Assembly: GCA_951406725.2 (NCBI GenBank)
Contig: OX597821.1
Span: forward strand, 19,716,001 to 19,780,000
Direction: 5' to 3'
Length of the DNA: 64,000 nucleotides
DNA from: Octopus vulgaris
Lineage: Eukaryota
Every line of letters begins with the position of its first letter. The stretch's first letter is position 1. This document shows, piece after piece, positions 28,210 to 41,360 of the stretch. Below the pieces are notes generated by a model, which was not told where the DNA came from, made no database searches, and was given only the letters and a program-made list of their open reading frames with translations. A program made the position numbers and the translations under genes.

Positions 28210-30689
28210 TATATACACATACATATACATATATAAAGATATATATATATTTTATATATATATGCGTTCATACACATACAAACACACACTTACACACATA
28301 TATATGTATCATGTTATATACGTAAATCAATAAAAGTCGCGAAAACTTTTATATCATTGCTTTTTTTTTTCATATATCTATATATTTGTGTTTATGACCT
28401 TTTGTATCAGATCTTATTATTCTGTTTATAATTTAAAATTCGATGAAGAAGTATTTCTGAATCAAATCTGAAAGTGTTTAGGAGTGAAATCTAACAACGA
28501 AATAATACAAAAAGTATTCGAATTTGCTGTCGTCTCGAGATACAATCCCATCAAATTGAAAAAAAAAAAAAATCTGTGGAACCCAATTGCTAGACAGTAA
28601 ACGCAGCTACCATTGTTGCCTCAGTATTGAGAATGATGAAGGTTATTTTTCATCTTGGAGAGAGAGGGGCAATGAGCCACGCATTACGCATTAAGTATCA
28701 ATTTTAGCCGTACCTAAATTTAAATCGAAATTTATTATTCTTTCAAAACTCGAAGCCCTCCATTTACTTTCATAGTAAAATAGAAATTTCTATGTATCGA
28801 TCCGACTGAAAGTTATATTGTTGTAGCTAAACACGTAGTTCATTTTGTAAGTGATTGATTCGTATAATGCTCGATATGTTAATTACTACTTTCCTTTATA
28901 TTTTGATAATAATTGAGACATGAAATCGAAACCTAGTTTTTATTTATTAACTAAGTTGCTTTTAACCTGCTTTAAATTTAGATTATATTCAATTACATCA
29001 CGCATTTACTACCCGCGTTAATTTTCAGCTTCTAATAATTTATATTTCCGAATATTAGTAGCCTCAGTACTACCTAAGTTATCCATATAGCTTAGCATAT
29101 AAATAGAAGTTTCACAAACTGTTTTTCTCGAACGTTATTTATCCTTCATGTCTCCAATTCAGGCTATAAAACTTTTAAATGTGCCTGCCCAGCAATGTTG
29201 TGGATACATCGCTTCTTTCTCTTATTTTGATATCAGAAACAGAGACTTCTATCTCTTTCCCACACATTTCGTATATATGTCCTCTATGCAACTTATGAAG
29301 CATCCCTAACTATAGATCATCTTTCAATCATATGCGGTCTTGTCCTGATGACTGCAGTCTCAAATCTGGTACGATACAACTATGGTTGAACATTCTCATA
29401 TCTAGACTATACATACCTGAATGATTGACGAAACTCTCATAGACACGCTTCGACATCTGGGATACAGGGAACTGGTACTTCGTTCGGGTTTTACATCTAG
29501 TATATTAGTTAGTGTTCCTCAGAGTTGGCCGACTTTGCATCATCCCCAATTATACATTATCCACCCACACATCCTGCTTAGTTTCTTCACCATTGTTGTG
29601 TCTGACACCCACAAGAGCTGCACTGATTAACCCCAATCCCTCAACGACGCGCAATGATTATGCGTAATTCCTCTTTTCCAAATACTGCCCTGTCTGCTGT
29701 TCCCTCCATGATCGTGTCTGTTTTGCAGGTGTTGACTTACACCGTTTTAAGGGTATCATTTGCATCATCTGCGCCAAGCGTATAAGATGGCCTCTAAAGG
29801 GCATGGGCACTGTTGCTCTTCTCCGTATCAAGCAATTAAAAACGAGACAAAAAACAGAGGTCCATTCTACACAATTTTCCTTGTCACTACTCGATGCTGC
29901 ATTCCTCAAACACTAATTCCGCTAGAACAAAATCCAAATAATACTTAATCTATAAAACTAAAATAATATTGGTATCATATACTACATAAACTTTTGTCAT
30001 ACACTCTAAATCAATTGATCGCTTTTTCAATTTTAAACCAAGCTTCTCCCAAATTAATACATATAATGCTCCATCTTTCTTAAGCTATGGAGCGTCAACT
30101 ATGCATAAACATATAAGGTGTATACGTATACAGTTTTTTTAATATTTACAAGCATTTTAAGGTCTACAGTAAAGATCCAAATCTACCGATCTAAATATGC
30201 AGTATTAGCGCAGACTTTGCAGCATATTTATCACATATAGAGTAAGGCTTTTAATCGCTATGTCAATAATCTTACAGATTATCAAAGATTTTCGTCTTAT
30301 TTCTGTCCCTGCACATATATAGATTTCTACTTCGTGTATTCCTTATCAAGAAATTATCTATCATAGTTATTCAATTTCAGTTACAGATTTGATACAATAC
30401 TCTTATAATAAAATGAAAAATGAACTAAAATTGACGATATGTAACCGATATAGTCTCACATGATCGTAAACTCTGTTGTTGTGAGATATTATCTAAATAT
30501 ATTATACTTCAGGAGATGGTTTTGTGTCACAGAAACATTGCGTATCATTTCAGCTTTCCGAGTCTAGGCTGGCATTAATGCATCTCAGAAAACCGAGAAC
30601 TCGGTTCAATACCCGGAAAGGTTGAAATTGGAATAAGTATAAGTATTTATACATCTATAAAAATCTATATAGACATAAATATATATATG

Positions 30690-32757
30690 AAAGGCTTTGG
30701 TAGAGTGAATCTGATAGAAGCCCGGCATATACACACATGTACACACACCTATACATACGCATACATATACATCAATACATACAACACACATACATAAATA
30801 CATACATACATACATACATACATATGTTTCCCTATATCTGATGAAGAATTTTACAGGTATATTGGGATGGATGAAAACGTCTTACATTGGAAACTGTAAC
30901 AAAACACGTGTCACTAATGAATATTACAGTTAAATAAAAAAAAAGTTGGATCTCGTAATTCCCTGCGTTCAGTAAAACAGTGGTCCACAATAGGGTTGCA
31001 GTGCCCATACTCATACAGATATTTGGGCTGCGTGACTGAACGTTTGATGAGATCCGAGCCATTGATGTGAAAAAGCTGAAGTTACTAACAAGCATGTATA
31101 ATTTCCACATAAACAGTGATGTAGACCGCCTCTACCTAAAACGAAAACAAGGAGGAAGAGGCTGAACATCGATCAAAATTGCCTTTGGCAACATCTTTTA
31201 ACCTCCAAGAATCGAAGTGCATTCGTTTGCACACATGGGTTCAATGGCAGCTCCTTTAGCAGCATTCTTGTCTGATAACATCAAATACACGACTAAAGAA
31301 GTCGCACGACATAACATGAAAGGATGAGATCCGACCATGCATGGATATGTTAGTAGAAGACCATGCATAGATATGTGAGTAGAAAGCTCTGAGATGATAG
31401 TAACATTGATCATCAAAGCAGTCTATCATGGGCCAATAGCCTGATTACTACCTCACACTTTGAAGGGTATGCATTTACAATCCAGGAGCCGGAAATATCA
31501 ACCACATACCTAACACACAGAAGGGACAGAGATGCAGAAAAAGCAGTGAAATATGACAAGCGATGCAGACCTTGTGGAGTTAACACCGAAGATATCACCC
31601 ACATCATAAGCAGTTGTTTGAAAATATCATCACGGTATCATTTCCGATAAGACATGATGCTGTAGTTAGGTCATTGTATAACGAGATCCGTCGAAAGGAT
31701 GACAGCGAGGGCAAAGAAATAAGAACCCACGGTATGGTGAAAGGCATAGGCACTCCTAATAAAAAGGAGTACTGGTAGAATGTCCCAGTGAAAACCTCAA
31801 TAAAATGCAAACACAATAGTCCTGACATAATGACTTGGGACAAAGAAGACAAATTATGAATAGTTGTGGAAATCAGCTGCGCAGCGGATATTAACATAAA
31901 GCTGAAGTTCAGTGAAAAGGATAATACCTACTCTGAACTACTGAGAAATCTACAGTTACTGTGATTATTGGGGCACTGGGATATGTATCACACTGCCTAA
32001 GTACTAATCTTGAGAAATTAGGCTTCTCAAAACAGAAAGGAGAAAGCTGATTCGAAGACTACAGTTCGATGCTATCATTGGAACGGTAAAAATCTGTAAA
32101 ACTTTCCAGAGGTTTATCATTTAAGCATATATCAGCATGTCTATATATGCAAGTAAATGCATAAGACGACATATATACATTCAAATCTGCACGTATGCAT
32201 TCATACATACATACATACATACATACATACATACATACATACATACATACATACATACATACATACATACATACATACATACATACATACATACACACAC
32301 ACACATACATACATACATACATACATACATACATACATACATACATACATACATACATACATACATACAAAAATACCCATATATAAATATGTATGTATGT
32401 ATGTATACATTCATGTATACATGGTTCTATGTTAGAAACTGACTTTCTCTATTGGCAAAAAATCTTGAAGTAAAACTGATCAATGATATACATACTTACG
32501 TGAGTGTGTGAGTGTGAGTGTATGTGTGCGTTCGTGCGTGTACACGTATTTGTGTGTTTGTGTTTTTTGTGCTTGAGCTGATCACCTATCATCGCTTTGC
32601 AACCGGTGTTGGTTTGTTTATTTCCACGTAACATAGAATAAGTACAATACTAAAAAAAATAGGTAGAGGAGGCGATCTTTTTGACGAAACCTCCAAGGCA
32701 GTGCAGTGCTCCAGGACATCCGCCGTTGAATGACTTGACTGCAACTGAATAAAACGT
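30690..32757 (+). mobile_element. Old SINE family A copy split by the R4/Dong-like insertion
   Basis: The pre-microsatellite part tttggtagagtgaatctgatagaagcccg is at about 30697-30725. The post-microsatellite part atcgctttgcaaccggtgttggtttgtttat..agaataagtac..gtgctccag is at 32590-32757. Confidence 0.55.
30825..32190 (+). mobile_element. 5'-truncated R4/Dong-like non-LTR retrotransposon (RT end, CCHC, restriction-like endonuclease)
   Basis: EEFYRYIGMDE, HINSDVDRLYLKRKQGGRG, EGYAFTIQE, CRPCGVNTEDITHIISSC, RHDAVV, HNSPDIMTWDK..IVVEISC, IIGTVKICKTF. Multiple stops and frameshifts. The 3' UTR may extend to about 32485. Confidence 0.85.
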
Positions 32758-32858
32758 TATATAAGATATTCTTGCGTATATTCTTGTCTATGTATGTATG
32801 TATGTATGTATGTATGTATGTATGTATGTATGTATGTATGTATGTATGTATGTATGTA

Positions 32859-33305
32859 TCGCTTATTATAAAAGGCAGATTTTATCTGCCTCCCTTTGTC
32901 AGTTATAGAAATCTACAATATAGGATTTCTTCAATTACAATTTACCTAGCATTTTTAAGAGTAGAATGCATCGGGTTTTGCCAGGTCCAGTTTTTAAAAT
33001 TTAAACTCCAATTAAGCAAAATTTACAGAAAACTCACATTCTGGTGTGTATGTCAAATGCTTTTCTTAGTCTGGTTTACAGCACACGCAAACGCACACAC
33101 ACAGTGTGCAACGAATAAAGTGAAACTAGATGTAATATTTGTTTCTGTCTATCACGCTGATAGATACATGAGTAAAATGTATGGCAAGCTAACAGATAAG
33201 AGTGAGTGAAAATGTTCTTGGAAGAGAGTAAATAGCGACAGAGTGATTTGAGGAAGACTAAACTGAAAGTATGAAACAGTGTTTATGTATAAACAGACGA
33301 CACTT
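32859..33305 (+). mobile_element. Helitron-like 5' portion
   Basis: A|TCGCTTATTATAAAAGGCAG resembles the 5' termini at 10854 and 11307. Confidence 0.55.
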
Positions 33306-33312
33306 ATATAAA

Positions 33313-33635
33313 CCCTTTCGTTACCAAACCGCCCGAATTTACCTATTCATATTTAAATGAGAATATCAGAGGAAATCTCTTTAGTACATTCGTGAAAACA
33401 CGTATTATACTTCGTAAACACTTCAAATACAGCTTTGTACAAAAATCGAAGTGTAATTTTAATTCCGTGAATTATGGGAGATTTTTTTCCGAAATTTGTT
33501 CCTATTGTGTTTTCAAAATTTGTAATTCTGACCAAAAATGGATACGAATTTCATTATATCAAGCAGCGAGTCAGAATTCGAAGGATTTTCTACTGAAGAC
33601 CTTCATAAATCTAACTCTATGACTGAAAAAAAAAA
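33313..33635 (+). mobile_element. piggyBac-like left end with start of acidic transposase N-terminus
   Basis: CCCTTTCGTTACC TIR-like end, followed by MDTNFIISSSESEFEGFSTEDL at about 33538. Confidence 0.55.
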
Positions 33636-33638
33636 GCA

Positions 33639-34030
33639 TCTTTATATAAGAGTGAAGTTGTGTGTCTGTCTCCTACGATTTAGATTCGTGACTACTCCCA
33701 CATTTTGCGGTGCAGTTTAACCAAAAGCGGGTATCTTATAGTCGTGATTCATATCGAGCCCTTCTGGGTTTTAGCGCGCGTCTACGATGAGTCTACGATT
33801 TAAAAAATTTACCACCATATTTTTCCATTTTAATGCATTTTTTCGCTTTTATATAAGGGAAGTAACTCTCTAAAAATATCTACGATGTGTCAACGATATA
33901 AAAAAAATTTACCTTAATTTTTTTTCAATTTTTAATGCATTTTTTTTGCTATTTTTTGGCTATAATTCTCTAAAAATGCTTATATAGTTATTTCCCTTAC
34001 AACCCGAGCAACGCCGGGCGATACTGCTAG
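33639..34030 (+). mobile_element. Non-autonomous Helitron with internal tandem duplication of about 105 bp
   Basis: A|TCTTTATATAAG 5' end; 3' hairpin cccgagcaacgccggg then CTAG|T at 34027-34030; tctacgatg..tttaatgcatttttt repeated at about 33781 and 33888. Confidence 0.8.
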
Positions 34031-34811
34031 TATATATATATGGATTTAGATATATATATACATGCACATCTACGTATACACACGTATACTCACACGCAAA
34101 TATTTTCCATGTATGTATGTACATAAGCATCTGTGTATGTTTCTATTGTATGAATATAATATATTGTGAATATAGTGAATTTGGTTTTGGGGCACATTTC
34201 GTTGAATTATATATCAAATCTTATTGTATGAAGAACCACATAAAACTACTACTTTCTTCCCTCATCATACTCATATATTTGCATACATACAGACGCACAA
34301 ATACCTACACATAAATCCAAGAGCTTCTCACAATAAACCTCAACATTTGCTCACACATACACACACAGATCCCCCCCCACACACACACACACTCACGCGC
34401 ACTCACTCACTCACACAAAGGCATACATATACATACACACACTTTTACATTAGTAGAACCAATTTTGTAAATCTACCCCGACGTCTGCATTACGCTTATA
34501 TTCATAGACAGAATTGTCTATAACGAAAGAATTGGAGCGAAATGCCAAAACATGAGAATAAGGAATAACAATATTAAGCTTTGTTGCTCTGTAAGAGGCG
34601 ATGCCAAATATTCCAGAATAACCATGCGAAGAATAATAATAATCTGACACAGATCATTAGTTTGTAATAAATCTATAGCGAGTGTACATGTGATGTAGCA
34701 TTAGAAATGCTATGTACGTATGTATATAAATATGTATGTATACATTCATGTATGCACATAAGTATGTACGTACATCTAAATATATATGTGTGTGTGCCTA
34801 TATGCAAATGA

Positions 34812-34855
<44 letters not shown>

Positions 34856-34871
34856 CAAATATACGTAAATA

Positions 34872-34918
<47 letters not shown>

Positions 34919-35504
34919 CATATATATATATATGTATGTATATATATATATATATATGTATACATATATATATATGTATGTATACATATATATATATGTA
35001 TACATACATATATATATATGTATAGTATACGTGCATACACACACATGCATACATACACACACACATATGTATGTATGTTTATATGGAGAGAAAAAGAGAG
35101 GGAGAGAGTGAGAGAGATGCCGACACTGAATTGATGGAAACTAATTTATTTGACGGTATTTGGCTAAATATTTTTATGATTCAACCGATTTTTTGTTTGT
35201 ATGTCTTGTCACCGTATGATCTTCTTCCTACATCCGCTTGACAAGGAATATAAACGAAGTATACATAATATTTCCTGCTTTTCTTTAATGCGCTCTCTTT
35301 TTCTTGCCTATATTTTGCCTCCCCATTGTACAAACAGGGCTTTTATATCTCAACATGCGGGACTTTTATGTCACGTCAGGTCATGACATAAATTTTATGG
35401 TGTTCTAATGATTCTGCCAGCTCGCCGCCTTAAATTCAGCGTAAATTTTGCTGATAATTTTCTTCATCGGAAACCGTTTTCTCATTTTAGACAATGAGGG
35501 AAAA

Positions 35505-35820
35505 CGTATGACTTAATGACTTGAGTATCCGTCTCATGATCGTAAGATTGTGGGTTCGATTCCCAGTGGTGTGCTGAGCCCTCAGGCAAAACACTTTATT
35601 TCTCGTTTCTCTAGTCCAATCACCTGGCAAAAGTGAGCTGTACCTGTACTGAATCTCTCTTAGATTACCCATACTCTTACTGTAGTTCTCAGAGAGAACT
35701 ACAGTAAGTGTACGGGTGTCAGTGGTGTGCTCAGTGGTGTGCTCAGCCTCTTGCACACTACTTCACGACCATGCTGCTCCGTTGACCGAACCATATGGAA
35801 CGCTTAGACTTTAGACGATA
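35505..35820 (+). mobile_element. Degenerate SINE with B-type head and C-type tail
   Basis: gatcgtaagattgtgggttcgattccc..aggcaaaacactttattt..gtacctgta..gagaactacagtaag..gtgctcagcctcttgcac. Confidence 0.6.
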
Positions 35821-36591
35821 AGTATTCATTACACACGCGATTCACCGTGTTTCATTCTTGTGTTTCTTCTTAGTCGAAAATATCCACAGCCATTGATTCT
35901 AACAAGCGTGCATGCTCTTGATTAAAGGAAAGAGCAAACATATTTAATTGCCGATACGTGCTGATTTCTCCGAAAGAAATAATAATTTTCAACAATGACT
36001 TGAGGATTTTACTGGTTGAAGTGTATCTGGACCTACATTATCTAACTAACAAGTCCTTTGCTTTTTCTAAGACTTTGGGATGTGGTTTCATCTCTGTTTA
36101 GCTGTTATTTCTAAATTTGATATGGAGTCACCGGGGTTGAGGTTTTTTAACTCCGCTCTTCTAACATTAAACACCAGACAAATATATCTTTCTCCTAGTA
36201 TTGTTATTAATTGATTCAACTTTCAATGAAAGAAGAAATAAATTCTTTTTTGAGTCAGTCAGAGTGTTAGTGGATATGAAACAGTGGTCATTGTTTGGAA
36301 ATTCACGGTGAACTAATCAAAGTTTGCTCAATTACTAGACAGTCAAGCATAACTGTTGAGAGAATCACTTTAAAAATCGTTCTTAAGTGCAGTACTATGA
36401 AAATAGTTTCAAATAGAAATGAAACGTTCGCTACAGAACACTTAATCATTATTTGAAATGTAGCCAGTTTCTTTAATAGATGAAGAGGTATTTGTCTATG
36501 TGTGCATATATAAGTGTGGTGGGGATGTGGAATCTGGTTTCTTCCTGGATAGCAGTACACATCAAAAGTTATAGTCAGGTTTTAAATAATT

Positions 36592-36775
36592 AGGTGAACT
36601 GGCAGAACCTTTAGCATGCCGGGCAAAATTCTGAGTTCAAATTCCAGCGAGGTCGACTTTGCCTTTCATTTTTCCGAGGTTGATAAAACAAGTACCAGTT
36701 GAGTATTGAGTTAGATCTAATCGACATACCATCTGCCCTGAAATTGCCGGTATTGTACCAAATTTGAAATCATTA
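36592..36775 (+). mobile_element. SINE family D copy
   Basis: ggtgaactggcagaa..ctgagttcaaattcc..gaggtcgactttgcctttcat..aagtaccagttgag. Confidence 0.75.
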
Positions 36776-36789
36776 TAGTTAGCTTCTGG

Positions 36790-38870
36790 GGAAAAGTTAC
36801 AACAAAAAGTAGTCTAATAGTCAGGTCGCTAAAATGATTCAGCGCCGGGAATGACGCGTTCATCTTCCAATAACCAGGTACTAATCTGAATAGTTTTCCT
36901 AACTCGACTGTAAAGAGCCCGAAATTGTGGCCTGAATAACAACGATCTGAAAATGTGGACAACTTATACTATGCCTATCTGCTAACTTATAAAAACTGTA
37001 TCTAACTATGACCTGGATGACCCACTGCGATTTGATTAAGGCCATACTGGTGTATTCGGGCGATTGAGGCGAAGCTCATCGTACAGTTGAAAATGCCTGA
37101 GAAAGTTAGCGAATCTTTTGCACCCCACTATCTTATCCGCTGCACCTACATAACCATTGCTTGCGTCTAAGATTCCATTCCAGTCGCCCACTAACACTAG
37201 TGAACGAGATGTCCCAAGGAAAGTCTCTAGATGTGTAAAGAAATCTGGCCATCCAGCTACTGTTGGGCAGTGACTGCCACTAGTCTGAAAGCTCTTCCAG
37301 AAGAAGAGCAAGCGATTGCGTTTCGGAAATGTTAGTTTCCCTAATGGTTACTGCGTCAGACATAGTGATCTGAGGTCATTGAGCAGATAACCCTGTTTCT
37401 ACGCTGCCCTCAGAGCACGAGCATTTATACAACCTATCCTTAGAATTGCCATTCCAGGAGGAGAAATGGGAACAAAAGATAAGTCAATCACTTACCTTGA
37501 TTTGGGTTGATCCTTTTTCGGGACATTTAAACGGGCCTTCCAAATATCCTCTTACCAACAGGTTTTTAAACCCCCCACCTACATTATGTGGGAAACGTTT
37601 CCTCAGGAAGCGATACCTAGTGGGAGTTGTTGTAATCAGAACCCTCCCTTCTGGGGTTTTGGTAATGGTTAGAGCATCAAGGGCCCCGCCTCGTCTTTGC
37701 TTGTGTCTACAAATTCCATCAATTGCCTGTTGTCTTTCCGTAGACCTGTGTTATTCAGACGCTCGTCCGATGTTTTACAGCAAGTTCCGTCACTTCAGGT
37801 TGAGGTGTCTGCTGTCGTTTTGGTTCTTTTTGTTTCGGGTTCCACTGTTGCAGGTCATGTTGTGTCACTCGCTGTTGCTGAGAATTCTATTTCGTTCCTT
37901 CATGTTGTTGCAGTTGAGTTATCTCTTGTTGTTGTCGTCGTAGTTGTTGTTGTTATTGTTGTTGTTGTTGTTGTTGTTGTTGTAGCTTCTGCAGCAGCTG
38001 CTGCTGATGTTGTTGGCTTGCAGCATTTGTTTCCAGATTGGTTGCAGCGTTTTCGAGATTGGCTGCCGCGAAGCTACTCAGATTCGTGCCCACAAACTTG
38101 AGATTTAGCAGTTACGTCTTTATTTTCTCGTCCTCTTTTCCCACTCGGGTGGTTTTGTCTCGTTCGGGGACTCTTCTATATCCAAGGAGTCGGTAGGATT
38201 CCTTATGGCCCTATTCTCTCTGTTTCATTGTTTGACGTTCTGGTTGACGCTGCTTTCCTCTTTAGGATTGCGACGGAATTAGCGTTGGGAATATTGGAGC
38301 AGCGTGAGACACCTCTCTCGACTTTTTTGGTGGGAATCCTTTCCCTCTCTGGGAAAGGCATGACGCTGGGTCGAATGATAACTTTCTGATATTTTTTAAG
38401 TGCCTCCGCTTTCCCTTTTAAGGAATGAGAGGTCCATGTATTTATTATATTTGGGAAGGAAATTTTTTCCGATAGATGTGTATTCTCGTCACTGTCTTCG
38501 TAAATAGCACAACTGCTGATCCTGCCGTAGCGTTTTGGTCGAAGCCGTTACTGCTGCTGATAGTTATATTATTGTTGTTTTTGTTGTTGCTATTGCAGCT
38601 GGTTTCGTTACTACTATTATTGTAGTTGTTGTTGTCATTGCTGATGTCGTTATTGTTGTTGGAGCTGTCGCGAGTCATGCTAGTGTTAGTGGTCTTGTTT
38701 TGGCTGCTGACGACGATGTTGTTGATGATGATGGTGATGGTAGCGGTGGTGTTGATGTTGGTAGTGATGTTATTGTCTGTGGGTTTTTTGAAAAAGTCAA
38801 CGGGAGTGGCGACCGATACGCTTGGTTGACTACAATGCCTCGGGTCGATTGAACACGAGAAAGCAGATAC
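36790..38870 (-). mobile_element. Older Tx1-like LINE relic (ORF1 remnants plus APE domain)
   Basis: MAILRIGCINARALRAA*KQGYLLNDLRSL, DFFTHLETFLGTSRSLVLVGDWN and PGYWKMNAS parallel ORF 46985-47836. The ORF1 C-terminus FLRKRFPHNVGG parallels ILKTIFPNAVGG. Confidence 0.85.
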
Positions 38871-39261
38871 ATTCTATCCTACACCTATTCCTCTATTTAG
38901 ACAAGTGTTGGCAATGTTGTGAAAATGGATAGATTGAAAAATATGTCCGAGAAAGTTTTCGAAACGGGCTTTCTGCTCGTTCCGTGATTGAAATAGGGCG
39001 AACCTCTTTCAGAAGATACTTGCATGCATTCGCCAAACAATAATTACAATTTCAGCGGCCGAAAAAGGCAAGATACATGCAAAATTAGAGAAAACTCTAA
39101 TTAGAGGAGCTGATGAACCAAGTCATTAGATTTCTGGGATTAGCTAATCTTAGAAAATGTGGCAACGTCTTCTATGTATGTGAATTGGATTTTTTGCCTC
39201 TTTTTTTTTTATGTGCGTGTAACCAATGTTTAACCCATCTTAATATACATTGCTACAGGAT

Positions 39262-39475
39262 GTCGAGCTGGCAGAATCATTAACATGACGGGCAAAATGC
39301 TCAGCGGTATTTCGCTCATCTTTACGTTTTGAGTTCGATTTCCGCCGAGGTCGACTTTCTGCCAGTCATCCTTTCGGGGTCGATAAAATGAGAACCAGCT
39401 GAGTACTGTGATCGATGCTATATCGACTTACACCCCGCTCGGAATGGCTGGCCTTGTGCCAAATTTTGAAAGCAA
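39262..39475 (+). mobile_element. SINE family D copy
   Basis: gagctggcagaatc..gcggtatttcg..ccgccgaggtcgacttt..catcctttcggggtcgataaaatgag. Confidence 0.8.
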
Positions 39476-39599
39476 TATCTACTGCTATAACTTTCTATCT
39501 TTGCTTATTATATGTATGTAAACATACCCACATGTTTTGTAAACTCTCCTTCTCATTTTTCATTTTAGGCCCAATATGTTGTGGTCACGAATGAAAGGG

Positions 39600-39875
39600 T
39601 GTAGAATTGCCTATATCGTTAGAGCGTTGGAAAAAATACATCGATGGTATTTGGTTCGGCATCTCTGTGTTTGTCCTCCCTGTGTTTAGCCCCTCGTGGG
39701 TAATAAAGAAATAGGTATTTGGTTCGGCATGTTTATCTCAGTTCCAATCCCGCTGCGGTTCAACATTGCTTTTCATATGGAGTCGATCAAATAAAGTATC
39801 AATTAAATACTGGGATCGATAGCTTTGACTAATCTACAGCCTTCATAATTGTTGACCCTGTGCCTAAATCAGAGC
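39600..39875 (+). mobile_element. Degenerate SINE D containing a 51-bp SINE D tail insertion (39663-39713) with a 17-bp flanking duplication
   Basis: GGTATTTGGTTCGGCAT occurs at 39646-39662 and 39714-39730. Confidence 0.75.
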
Positions 39876-40056
39876 AATCGTCAATAGCTGTTGTTTTGCT
39901 TGCAATTATTTAGCACTCTGTTTGAAGAGACTCATGAAGAAATGCGTTTTATCCTTGGCACTCTTCTTTTATTCGACACAGGAAACTAAAGCAGAGGCAT
40001 TTTGCCTTCTATTTCTTGCAAATTCAGGACCACGCAGAAGCTTCCCCCATTCTATC

Positions 40057-40087
<31 letters not shown>

Positions 40088-40210
40088 CGGCGGTGGTGGT
40101 AGTATTCTCGTTATTCTTATCGCTTCATTGCTTCTATTAATTAAACGGCACTAACTTTTAGCGCAAAGCTAGATGCAGACAAAATGTGAGATACAGATAA
40201 AGAGTGTCAG

Positions 40211-40249
<39 letters not shown>

Positions 40250-40657
40250 GAGAGAGACAGAGACAGAGACAGAGAGTTAGAGAAAACGAGATGAAGAAAG
40301 TATGTGAAGGGGAAGGAAAGTGAGAGATTATAAAATAAATAAATAAAGAAAAATACATTGGAAGAGAAAGGAAGATGGTACTGAAAGAGAAAAAATTACG
40401 AAGCAGAACGTCGATTTTTCTTTTGTCTGCTACAAGTAAATGTGTGACGGCTGGTGAACACTTGTTGGGCCATGTAATACAGTTAGAAGAGTAGAAGATA
40501 TGTGTGTCCGTACTCACACACACACAGACACACACACACGCACACACACACATACACACACTCGCACATATACATACGCACACACACATATATATATTTG
40601 TATACAAATACATATATATATATATACACAAACATTCATATAAGTTTCTATACAAAT

Positions 40658-40723
<66 letters not shown>

Positions 40724-40732
40724 AATATATAT

Positions 40733-40774
<42 letters not shown>

Positions 40775-40929
40775 GCACATCGCTTCCTCTCTCTCACAGT
40801 CTTTCTTTACTCACTTTTTCTGTCTCAGTATAAATATGCATACATACATAAGCACACTCACGCAAACAGGCAACCGACGGACACTTTGAAGCATACATTT
40901 GTATACACATATATATATATGTGTGTGTG

Positions 40930-41325
40930 TGTATGTGTTATATGCATATATATATATAAACATATTTAATATATACACGCATACACACATATATATATAT
41001 ACACAAAAGCACATATTTACATATGTATATATATTACACAGACACACACACTCAACGTGTGTGTGTGTGTGTTATATGCATATATATATAAATATATTTA
41101 ATATATACACGCATACACACACACACATATATATATATATACACAAAAGCACATATTTACATATGTATATTTATTACACAGACACACACACTCAACGTGT
41201 GTGTGTTATATGTATATATATATAAATATATTTAATATATACACACATACACACACATATATATATATACACAAAAGCACATATTTACATATGTATATGT
41301 ATTACACAGACACACACACTCAACG

Positions 41326-41330
<5 letters not shown>
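40930..41330. repeat. Three-copy minisatellite (unit about 125 bp) built from microsatellite mosaic
   Basis: The unit marker acacaaaagcacatatttacatatgtat..ttacacagacacacacactcaacgtgtg is seen three times. Confidence 0.9.

Positions 41331-41360
<30 letters not shown>

Noticed and set aside
29100-29950. Slightly GC-richer stretch with a GADDA-like word on the minus strand
   Set aside because: It could be an ancient LINE relic, but no ordered series of RT motifs was recoverable by eye.
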